Below are positions 18,034 to 25,777 of a stretch of 64,000 nucleotides of DNA, piece by piece; position 1 is the first letter of the stretch; every line of letters begins with the position of its first letter. Below the pieces are notes generated by a model that saw only the letters and a list, made by a program, of their open reading frames with translations, did no database searches and was not told where the DNA came from. This DNA is from Minisyncoccota bacterium (GTDB lineage Bacteria; Patescibacteriota; Minisyncoccia; Phycocordibacterales; JBAYLF01), in the NCBI GenBank assembly GCA_041664205.1, contig JBAYLF010000005.1:7063-71062 (forward strand), written 5' to 3'. A program made the position numbers and the translations under genes.

Positions 18034-18918
18034 ATGGAAAACGAAAATAAGGACATACAACAAAAAATAAGGGAAATCGAGGAGAAAATGCAGTCTTCTG
18101 ATTTTTGGCAAGATAAGGAGAAGGCACAAGCTTCAGTAAGAGAACTTCAAGATTTAAAGCAGGAAGCAGAAGGTGTGGGTCAGTATGATAAAGGTGGAGC
18201 AATAATTACTGTTTTTTCTGGCGCAGGCGGTGATGATGCAGAGGATTTTTCAAAAATGCTTGTTGAAATGTATCTTAAATATATCCAGAATAAAAAATGG
18301 GAAGTTCAGCTAATTCATGAAAATAAGAATGATCAAGGCGGTTTTAGGAATATTACTTTTGAAGTTCTTGGACATAATGTATATGGCACACTTAAAAATG
18401 AATCAGGAGTTCATCGCTTAGTTAGAATTTCTCCCTTCAATGCAAAGAAATTGCGCCACACATCGTTTTCGCTTGTTGAGGTTATTCCTAAATTTGAAAA
18501 AACAATCGATATAGATATTCCAGAATCTGAACTCGAAGTAAGCTTTGCACGATCAAGCGGGCCGGGCGGTCAGAATGTAAACAAGCGCGAGACCTCCGTG
18601 AGAGTTGTTCATAAGCCTACAAAAATATCTATTCACGTTGAATCAGAAAGATCTCAAGCTCAAAATAAAGAAAAAGCAATACAAATTCTTAAGGGTAAAC
18701 TATATAAAATGAGAGAAGACGAACGTATTGCTAAAGAAAAGGGTATGTATATTTCAAAAACAACAGACATAGAATGGGGAAATCAGATACGTTCATACGT
18801 GCTTCATCCATACAAAATGGTTAAAGACCACAGAACTAATGTAGAAACAGGCGACGTAGAATCGGTTTTGGAAAGAGGAAATTTAGATGAATTTATTGAG
18901 GCTGAAAATAAGCTGTAA
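18034..18918 (+). CDS. prfB: Peptide chain release factor 2, short form
   Basis: ESGVHRLVRISPF (SPF is the RF2 signature), RHTSF, GPGGQNVNK, WGNQIRSYVLHPY. Confidence 0.95.
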   Translation: MENENKDIQQKIREIEEKMQSSDFWQDKEKAQASVRELQDLKQEAEGVGQYDKGGAIITVFSGAGGDDAEDFSKMLVEMYLKYIQNKKWEVQLIHENKNDQGGFRNITFEVLGHNVYGTLKNESGVHRLVRISPFNAKKLRHTSFSLVEVIPKFEKTIDIDIPESELEVSFARSSGPGGQNVNKRETSVRVVHKPTKISIHVESERSQAQNKEKAIQILKGKLYKMREDERIAKEKGMYISKTTDIEWGNQIRSYVLHPYKMVKDHRTNVETGDVESVLERGNLDEFIEAENKL

Positions 18919-19035
18919 GTGCTATTTATTTGTGCTTATGCAGGCTTTTCTTTCACTACTGATTAGTTGTATAATAGGATTACATTCGTAATAATTTCAC
19001 AAAATAAAAATTGTGAGGTTAATTAACTTGTTATT

Positions 19036-19716
19036 ATGATATATTTCGACAAAGTATCAAAAATTTATCCTGACGGTTCAACTGCGCTTGAAGACGTGAG
19101 TTTTACTATCGAACCGGAAGAATTTGTATCTATAGTTGGGCACTCTGGCGCTGGAAAGACAACTCTTATAAAGATGCTTCTTGCAGAAGAAAAACCGTCA
19201 TCAGGCGGAGTCTTTTTTGAATCAGTTGATGTTCACGATTTGAAAAATAAAGAAATAAATAATCTTCGTAGGCGCATCGGCACCGTATTTCAGGATTTTA
19301 AATTATTACCGCACAAAACAGCTTATGAAAATATTGCCTTTGCTATGGAAGTTGCAGGAAAGACCGAAGAAGAAATAGCCGCAGATGTTCCACATGTTCT
19401 TGATTTAGTTGATCTTGGAGATAAAATGCTAAATTTCCCTCATCAACTTTCTGGTGGAGAGAAGCAACGAGTTGCAATCGCACGTGCTATCGTCAATCAT
19501 CCAGATATTGTCATTGCAGACGAACCAACTGGAAACTTAGATCCTGTAAATACTCAAGATGTAATCAGATTGCTAAAAAAAATAAACGATCTTGGAACAA
19601 CAGTTATTTTAACTACTCACAACAAGGGCGTGATCGACTCTCTTGGCAAACGAGTGGTTACTATTGAAAAAGGAAAAGTTGTTAGAGATGATAAAAAGGG
19701 TCATTACATTTTATAA
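19036..19716 (+). CDS. ftsE: Cell division ATP-binding protein FtsE
   Basis: GHSGAGKTT, RRRIGTVFQDFKLL, LSGGEKQRV, ADEPTGNLDP; precedes ftsX. Confidence 0.95.
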   Translation: MIYFDKVSKIYPDGSTALEDVSFTIEPEEFVSIVGHSGAGKTTLIKMLLAEEKPSSGGVFFESVDVHDLKNKEINNLRRRIGTVFQDFKLLPHKTAYENIAFAMEVAGKTEEEIAADVPHVLDLVDLGDKMLNFPHQLSGGEKQRVAIARAIVNHPDIVIADEPTGNLDPVNTQDVIRLLKKINDLGTTVILTTHNKGVIDSLGKRVVTIEKGKVVRDDKKGHYIL

Positions 19717-19736
19717 TAAAATCAACAAATAAAATT

Positions 19737-20663
19737 ATGCTTTGGGTAAAAATAAAACGTGGTATAAAATCTGGTCTAATAAGCTTTTTACGTAATGGCT
19801 ATGTATCATTGGCAGCTATACTCATAATGGTTATTACTCTTTTTATGATCAGCGGTATCATATTTGCTAAAGCCACATTTGAATCAACCCTCGATGTAGT
19901 AAAAAATAAAGTTGACATAAACATATATTTTATTCCTGAAGCGCCTGAAGATGATATTATCGCAATTAAAAAACAAATAGAAAATTTACCAGAAGTTTCT
20001 AAAGTAGATTACATTTCTCGCCAAGATGTTTTAGACAATTTCAAAACAGCTCACGCAGATGACGAGACCAACCTACAGGCTCTTCAAGAGCTTCCAGATA
20101 ATCCATTTGGAGCAAGGCTCAATATAAAAGCCAAAGAGCCTTCACAATATGCAGGAGTTGCCACTTTCTTGGAAAATCAGCATCTTCTATCGAAAGATGG
20201 AATACCGATAGTTGAAAAAGTAAATTACCAAAAAAATAAGCTCGTTATTGACAGACTATCTAACTTCATTAATTCCGCCGATAGAATAGGATACTTTCTA
20301 ACTCTTTTATTTATCATTGTTTCAATAGCTATTACTTTCAACACTATCCGACTCGCCATTTTTATTTCTAAGGACGAAATCGCAGTTATGAAGCTTGTGG
20401 GGGCTAGCAATAGATATATCAGATGGCCTTTTGTTGTGAGTGGTGTGGTGTATGGCTTTCTATCAGCACTCATAGTTCTTATTCTGCTTTATCCGATTAC
20501 ATTCTGGCTGGGGCCCAAGACGCAGGACTTTTTTGCAGGTATGAATGTATTTAAGTATTACGCTTCAAATTTTGGACAAATCTTTCTTATACTAATGAGC
20601 TCTGGAATCTTTATAGGAGCCATCTCAAGTTATCTAGCAGTTAGAAAACATCTAAAGGTCTAA
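19737..20663 (+). CDS. ftsX: Cell division permease FtsX
   Basis: TM1, large extracellular loop, NTIRLAI..KDEIAVMKLVGASNRYIRWPF. Confidence 0.95.
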   Translation: MLWVKIKRGIKSGLISFLRNGYVSLAAILIMVITLFMISGIIFAKATFESTLDVVKNKVDINIYFIPEAPEDDIIAIKKQIENLPEVSKVDYISRQDVLDNFKTAHADDETNLQALQELPDNPFGARLNIKAKEPSQYAGVATFLENQHLLSKDGIPIVEKVNYQKNKLVIDRLSNFINSADRIGYFLTLLFIIVSIAITFNTIRLAIFISKDEIAVMKLVGASNRYIRWPFVVSGVVYGFLSALIVLILLYPITFWLGPKTQDFFAGMNVFKYYASNFGQIFLILMSSGIFIGAISSYLAVRKHLKV

Positions 20664-20737
20664 CTCTACTTTAAACAGTTTTTAAATTTAACTGCGCAAA
20701 GAGAGTTTAGCGCATTGTAATTTTTTAATTCAATCAA

Positions 20738-21766
20738 ATGACATATAAAAAAATAATAATATTTTATATTTTCACGATATCAGTATTCTTTAGTTTTTTT
20801 GCTATACGTTTTCCGTATGTTTTTGGAATTCGTGCTGATCAAGGAGCCTCATTGGCAGATTCTTCTTTAGATGTATCTGATGGATCAAGTAATGCAAATA
20901 AATCTGGGAATGATAGTTTATCATCTTATGACGGAAAGCCTCTAACTGTTCTTATTGCAGGCGATGTTATGTTTGATAGATACATAAGAAGAAGCTCTGA
21001 ACAAAGAGGAGGGGACTATATTTTTTCATGCGTGAATTATCTGCTTACAAGTAGCGATATAGCTTTAGCTAATCTTGAGGGTCCGATAACTTCAAACGAT
21101 TCTTTAAGCCGTTCAACTCACGAAGGTGATAATCACAATACAACTTTCACATTTGCTACTTCAACTGCACAACTTTTGATTGAAAATAATATAAAAATTG
21201 TAAGCATAGGCAACAATCATATTTTAAATTTTGGAAAAGATGGTCTTTTAGAAACAAGAAATTGGCTTAATGGCGCAGGGGTAAGATTTTTCGGAGATCC
21301 TTACGATGACAATTATAAAGAGTTTCAAATGATGACAAAAAAGATTTTTTTAACTTTTATTAATTACAACGAGTTCGGAGGCGATAAAAAAGAGCGGGTT
21401 TTAGAAAGAATAAAAGAAGCTTCAAAGCTTGGAGGAATTGTAATTGTTTATACTCATTGGGGAGATGAATATTTACCTGTTCCACCGCGTGTAAAAGATT
21501 TGGCACGTCAGTTTGTTGATGCTGGTGCTGATATTGTTGTTGGCTCGCATCCTCATATTGTGCAGGAAAACGAAACATATAAAGGCAAAAAAATTTATTA
21601 CTCGCTAGGTAATTTTATCTTTGATCAGTATTTTGACGATAATGTTATGGAGGGTTTGACGTTGCGTCTGACAATAAATCAAGATCGATCAATTGATGTT
21701 CAAGAAATTCCAGTTCAGCTCGAAAAAGACGGCAGAACCTGCATTAAAGGCCTGCACACATGGTAA
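20738..21766 (+). CDS. CapA/PgsA family metallophosphatase-like protein
   Basis: AGDVMFDR, NLEGPI, GNNHILNFG, HWGDEY, GSHPH, YSLGNFIFDQ. Confidence 0.93.
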   Translation: MTYKKIIIFYIFTISVFFSFFAIRFPYVFGIRADQGASLADSSLDVSDGSSNANKSGNDSLSSYDGKPLTVLIAGDVMFDRYIRRSSEQRGGDYIFSCVNYLLTSSDIALANLEGPITSNDSLSRSTHEGDNHNTTFTFATSTAQLLIENNIKIVSIGNNHILNFGKDGLLETRNWLNGAGVRFFGDPYDDNYKEFQMMTKKIFLTFINYNEFGGDKKERVLERIKEASKLGGIVIVYTHWGDEYLPVPPRVKDLARQFVDAGADIVVGSHPHIVQENETYKGKKIYYSLGNFIFDQYFDDNVMEGLTLRLTINQDRSIDVQEIPVQLEKDGRTCIKGLHTW

Positions 21767-21794
21767 TTGAGAACTTTTCAAGGATTAGTGAAGA

Positions 21795-21959
21795 TTAGTG
21801 AATAAGATAGTTTAGCGCTGCGCCTACATAGTAAGGCCAAATAGCTATAGCTAAAACTCCTTGCCAGAAGGATAGTTTTAAAAATCCTATAGTAAATAGC
21901 CATGCTCCTAACCACAAACCTCCTGAAAATACGTTATTTTCGATTTTTATTTTTTCCAT
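21795..21959 (-). CDS. Small membrane protein (54 aa, not in ORF track)
   Basis: Hand-translated: MEKIKIENNVFSGGLWLGAWLFTIGFLKLSFWQGVLAIAIWPYYVGAALNYLIH. Confidence 0.7.
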   Translation of the reverse strand: MEKIKIENNVFSGGLWLGAWLFTIGFLKLSFWQGVLAIAIWPYYVGAALNYLIH

Positions 21960-22029
21960 ATAATTGTATTTTAATTAGTTATCTTTAATAAATCAATATT
22001 GTTTTATGCTGAAACTTGATGCGGTCTAA

Positions 22030-23004
22030 TTATTTTAACGAAAAGATTGGCACACTTATTCCTTTTTCATTATGCTGTTTTTGCTTTTCAAAATAATCTT
22101 TAAACTTCGAACTAGCATCACTTAATCTACAAACGCCATGCGAAGACATGAACTTTGGATCTGTGTGCCTGAATTTTTTATGAGTTATCTCATTTTCAGT
22201 AGATGAGAATAACATTTTCTTTTTTGAAAGAATCTTTAGAATAGCTTTGATTTCTGGATTTTTTGTTTTTAAAAGCTTCTTAATAACATGCTGATCATTT
22301 TCAGAAAAGTCAGCCAGATTTATTGTGCCTTCTTTAATAGCGAGCTTTAATGCATGAGAAAATAATTTATATCTTGAGACTGCTTCAAAACCACCCCAAT
22401 GATCTTTTTGTAATTTCAAAAAGTTTGTGGCAAAAATATATGCGGAATTTTTATCTTTAAATATCATTTCATTATTATTATTCATAAGCGATTTGAATAA
22501 TAATTTAGCAACAGGAATAGGTAATTCTCTTAAGGCATAATCAACTCTATCTGCACACAGATCAGGCGGATCTTTCTCAAGTAGCGAGAAATTATGATAA
22601 TTAGATATTATTCTTGAACTGGAGTCGTATTTTTCAAGGATATTTTTTATTTCTTCAGAATTGATTATTTTTTTATGATGATTGTCCTGATATGATTCAC
22701 CGCAAGCTTCGTTGCCGATAACCCAATCTATAATATGAGAAAAAGCGGTATGCGATACATCATGAAGCAAACCCGCAGCTTGTTCCTCAAGAGATCCTCC
22801 AAGTGTTTTTATTAATATCATAACACCCACAGAATGTTCATATCTGCTAAAACTTTTCAGATGATAATATTTGTCTGGAATTCCAAACTGACTTATTTTT
22901 TTTAGACGTTGAACAATTTTCGATTCCAATAATTCAATAAGTAATGGCTCGGTAATTATGTGAGTCCCGTATATTCTATCTTTGATAATAACTTTTTTTT
23001 GCAT
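22030..23004 (-). CDS. HD-domain phosphohydrolase (YwfO/SAMHD1-like N-terminus)
   Basis: DRIYG, QRLKKISQFG, SRYEHSVGV, AGLLHDVSHTAFSH, ADRVDY; start moved to ATG 23004. Confidence 0.93.
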   Translation of the reverse strand: MQKKVIIKDRIYGTHIITEPLLIELLESKIVQRLKKISQFGIPDKYYHLKSFSRYEHSVGVMILIKTLGGSLEEQAAGLLHDVSHTAFSHIIDWVIGNEACGESYQDNHHKKIINSEEIKNILEKYDSSSRIISNYHNFSLLEKDPPDLCADRVDYALRELPIPVAKLLFKSLMNNNNEMIFKDKNSAYIFATNFLKLQKDHWGGFEAVSRYKLFSHALKLAIKEGTINLADFSENDQHVIKKLLKTKNPEIKAILKILSKKKMLFSSTENEITHKKFRHTDPKFMSSHGVCRLSDASSKFKDYFEKQKQHNEKGISVPIFSLK

Positions 23005-23035
23005 ATACGTTTTGATATTAGTAGGGTAATGTTGT

Positions 23036-23302
23036 TTAAATTCCATTTATATCACCGTCCAGAAACCATTTATCTTTAACTCGGACTAATTTGATTGTCT
23101 CTCCAGATGAAGTTCTACAAATGCCGTATTCGTCAGTTTTTTCAACCAGCTGAAAACAGCCTCTGAAATTGTAATAGTTTGTAAATGAACTATGAGCAAT
23201 TTGTAAGGTGTGTATTTGATAGATTCCAGCAGTAAGAAATACAACAGCTAAAACGATAATAAAGCCAATAGTTTTGCCTGTATAAAATTTCCTTAAGTCC
23301 AT
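23036..23302 (-). CDS. Small membrane-anchored protein with a Cys pair
   Basis: N-terminal TM; YYNFRGC...GIC; TGATACAAT extended -10 immediately upstream. Confidence 0.72.
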   Translation of the reverse strand: MDLRKFYTGKTIGFIIVLAVVFLTAGIYQIHTLQIAHSSFTNYYNFRGCFQLVEKTDEYGICRTSSGETIKLVRVKDKWFLDGDINGI

Positions 23303-23370
23303 ATTTGTTATTGTATCACTCCTAGAACTGTTGACAGAAATAACAAAAGTATATTATAAAAAAGTTTAAC

Positions 23371-23892
23371 TTATTTCACTTTTTTGATGCTTTTCGGAAT
23401 GTTATTAAATAGGGTTTTTTCGATCTCTGGATTGGGCCATAAAACTATTTCCAACGGATCAAATTTGTCATCAATATCTAGGATTAGTTTTCTGATTTCA
23501 CCAGAAAGAGTTCTGATATCCTTCGCATCAGCTTTCATTTGTAATCTAGCCATAATATCAGTTAGTAATTTTTTGTCTTTAATCCAAAGAGATATTTCAA
23601 TCGACATCTGATTTAACTCCTCATAAAAATTTATAAGCTCACTTTTATTCAAATAAGTTGACTCATTACCTCTATATTTTATCCATCTTGCAAACAAACG
23701 AGCAATTGTCTCTGCTTTCTGTCGTTGTAATTGTTGGAATTTATACTCTTCTAATTTTCTATCGTATTCATGTTGAATTGATTTTTCCAACCTCGCTGAT
23801 ACCCACTTAGTTAATAGCCATTGAACCAACCCAAGACAAAAGGCAATAATTAAGCTACTTGTTAAAATTTGAATAAATGTAAGTTGAATCAT
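23371..23892 (-). CDS. Hypothetical protein with N-terminal TM helix and helical domain
   Basis: TM at residues ~5-30, then RLEKSIQHEYDRKLEEYK; begins 22 nt downstream of the SIR2-like gene. Confidence 0.8.
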   Translation of the reverse strand: MIQLTFIQILTSSLIIAFCLGLVQWLLTKWVSARLEKSIQHEYDRKLEEYKFQQLQRQKAETIARLFARWIKYRGNESTYLNKSELINFYEELNQMSIEISLWIKDKKLLTDIMARLQMKADAKDIRTLSGEIRKLILDIDDKFDPLEIVLWPNPEIEKTLFNNIPKSIKKVK

Positions 23893-23914
23893 CTATGTTA
23901 TTTTTTAACTTTAA

Positions 23915-24814
23915 TTAAAAACATTTTTCAATTAGTTCGATACATGTAGAATATACTTTTATCTCTGTTTCTGGCTTGCCATATTCTTCACTTAGAAATT
24001 TAAGTATATCAGCTTTTTTAGATGTATCTTTAATTGTTACATGAATTTCAGATATTTGATTTTCGAAGTTAATTTTACCAAGATTGACTTGTAAACCTCC
24101 TCCTAAACCAAGAAAATACAATTTTATATTTGAAACATAATTGATTTTAAAGATGGAATGGTTTTTGCTATCATGACAAGAGACCATATTTATATATTCT
24201 CTATTATCACTTTTTATGGTATCTGACTGTGTGTATATTTGGGAGATATCATATAGTTCTTCTTTATATGAAATATGACCATGAGGATGAATAGATTGAA
24301 CATTTACTCCGGATAAGTAACTTAGTCTTGGTTTGTGTGTAAGGCGTCTCTCTTTGTCTGATAAATGTCCAAACTTAAGAAAATTTCTATTTAAAACATT
24401 ATCATAATTATAATTTATAAATGCAATCCGGTGTTCCAAACTGTTTTGTGTGTTATGCAGAATTTTCTCGTTTAGCACTTTTATCCAACCATTATTATTA
24501 TCTTTATATCTCTCATTTAAGATATCCTCCATTATTAAAAAGATATGATCTTCTATTTTATCACCATCGGAATGATGTTTAACCGATTCTTTTGCTATAC
24601 ATTCATCAATAGTGTTATATTCTTTATTTTCACCAATTTTATCTATCCAAGCCAAAATTTCTTTATGATATTTATATCGGACTTCTTTATCACTATTAAT
24701 TTTATCTTTGATTAACTGATCCAGTTCTTTCCATGTAGGTAAACCATACTCTACAGAAGCTCCCGCACCCAAAATTAAGAGATGTTCAATTTTGTTATTA
24801 AGTTCAAATCTCAT
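23915..24814 (-). CDS. SIR2-like (SIR2_2/AbiH-related) putative NADase
   Basis: LILGAGAS...GLPTWKEL, FINYNYD, HPHG and YFLGLG appear in the order typical of prokaryotic SIR2-like domains. Confidence 0.8.
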   Translation of the reverse strand: MRFELNNKIEHLLILGAGASVEYGLPTWKELDQLIKDKINSDKEVRYKYHKEILAWIDKIGENKEYNTIDECIAKESVKHHSDGDKIEDHIFLIMEDILNERYKDNNNGWIKVLNEKILHNTQNSLEHRIAFINYNYDNVLNRNFLKFGHLSDKERRLTHKPRLSYLSGVNVQSIHPHGHISYKEELYDISQIYTQSDTIKSDNREYINMVSCHDSKNHSIFKINYVSNIKLYFLGLGGGLQVNLGKINFENQISEIHVTIKDTSKKADILKFLSEEYGKPETEIKVYSTCIELIEKCF

Positions 24815-24864
24815 TTTATTTTATTAGCTTAACTCTTTAGTTATTCGAATTTAGCTCAACTCGG

Positions 24865-24935
24865 CTGCGGGTCAGGGACTCGAACCCCAATTAATCGCTC
24901 CAGAGGCGATCGTCCTACCATTAGACGAACCCGCA
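24865..24935 (-). tRNA. tRNA-Gln(CTG)
   Basis: Reverse complement TGCGGGTTCGTCTAATGGTAGGACGATCGCCTCTGGAGCGATTAATTGGGGTTCGAGTCCCTGACCCGCAG: acceptor stem TGCGGGT/ACCCGCA, anticodon arm ATCGC-CTCTGGA-GCGAT, GTTCGA T-loop. Confidence 0.97.
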
Positions 24936-25062
24936 ATATACTTAAAATACTTTAAATTCGGTAATTATTCAAGTAAAACCATTTGTGAGATTTTTTTAAT
25001 TAAAACTCTAATATGATAATATATTTAAAAGGTATCTTATAAATTACTAATTAAAAATTATT

Positions 25063-25704
25063 ATGGAAAAATCATTAGATTCAGAATTAAATCATAAAGA
25101 AGGAGAAAATGAAGAAGAAGTTATTAACTTAGAAGAAAATACTAAAATTTTGGAAGAAATAAAAAGAGGGGATTTTGATCATGTGAACGAATTAACTTCT
25201 CTTGGTAATGATAATGAAATAGCTGAACTTCTTTCAAAACACGAAGGCCCTCTTTATCTTGGAGGTCTTAAATCTATCACTGATGGGCAAGCAGAACTTT
25301 TATCAAAACATGAGGAAGGTCTTTATGAAAGAAAACTTCTTCCACGCCAAGGCGGACTTGATCTTTCTGGGCTTGAATTTATAAACGACATGCAAGCAGA
25401 GTTTTTATCAAAACATGAAGGCGATCTTGATCTTTCAGGACTTAAATCTATTACCGACGAACAGGCGCAGTCTTTTTCAAATCGCAGAGGTGGTTGTCTT
25501 TACCTTGACGGGCTTGATTCTATTACTGATGAGCAAGCCAAGTCTTTAGGATCAAGATCTAATTATTCAGTTTCTCTTAAAGGTCTTGCTTCTATTAATG
25601 ATGAACAAGCAGAGCATCTTTCAAAAATTACTGACCTGACTGTCTCAAAAGAAGTTATTGAACTTATTGTTAGTAAAAAAAATAAAAAACCTCGGGAAAT
25701 ATAA
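25063..25704 (+). CDS. Leucine-rich-repeat-like protein (~22-aa repeats)
   Basis: Five to six units of LxLxGLxSITDEQAExLSKHEG. Confidence 0.85.
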   Translation: MEKSLDSELNHKEGENEEEVINLEENTKILEEIKRGDFDHVNELTSLGNDNEIAELLSKHEGPLYLGGLKSITDGQAELLSKHEEGLYERKLLPRQGGLDLSGLEFINDMQAEFLSKHEGDLDLSGLKSITDEQAQSFSNRRGGCLYLDGLDSITDEQAKSLGSRSNYSVSLKGLASINDEQAEHLSKITDLTVSKEVIELIVSKKNKKPREI

Positions 25705-25718
25705 AATAATTTTTAATC

Positions 25719-25754
25719 AACAAAAACCTCCGCAGTTTTGCGGAGGTTTTTGTT
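25719..25754. terminator. Bidirectional intrinsic terminator
   Basis: AACAAAAACCTCCGCA-GTTT-TGCGGAGGTTTTTGTT. Confidence 0.85.
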
Positions 25755-25777
25755 TTATAAGTATTTTTAGCGGTCGA

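Noticed and set aside
21770-24864. Integrated prophage or ICE at tRNA-Gln
   Set aside because: No integrase, no phage structural genes and no duplicated tRNA 3' end found by eye
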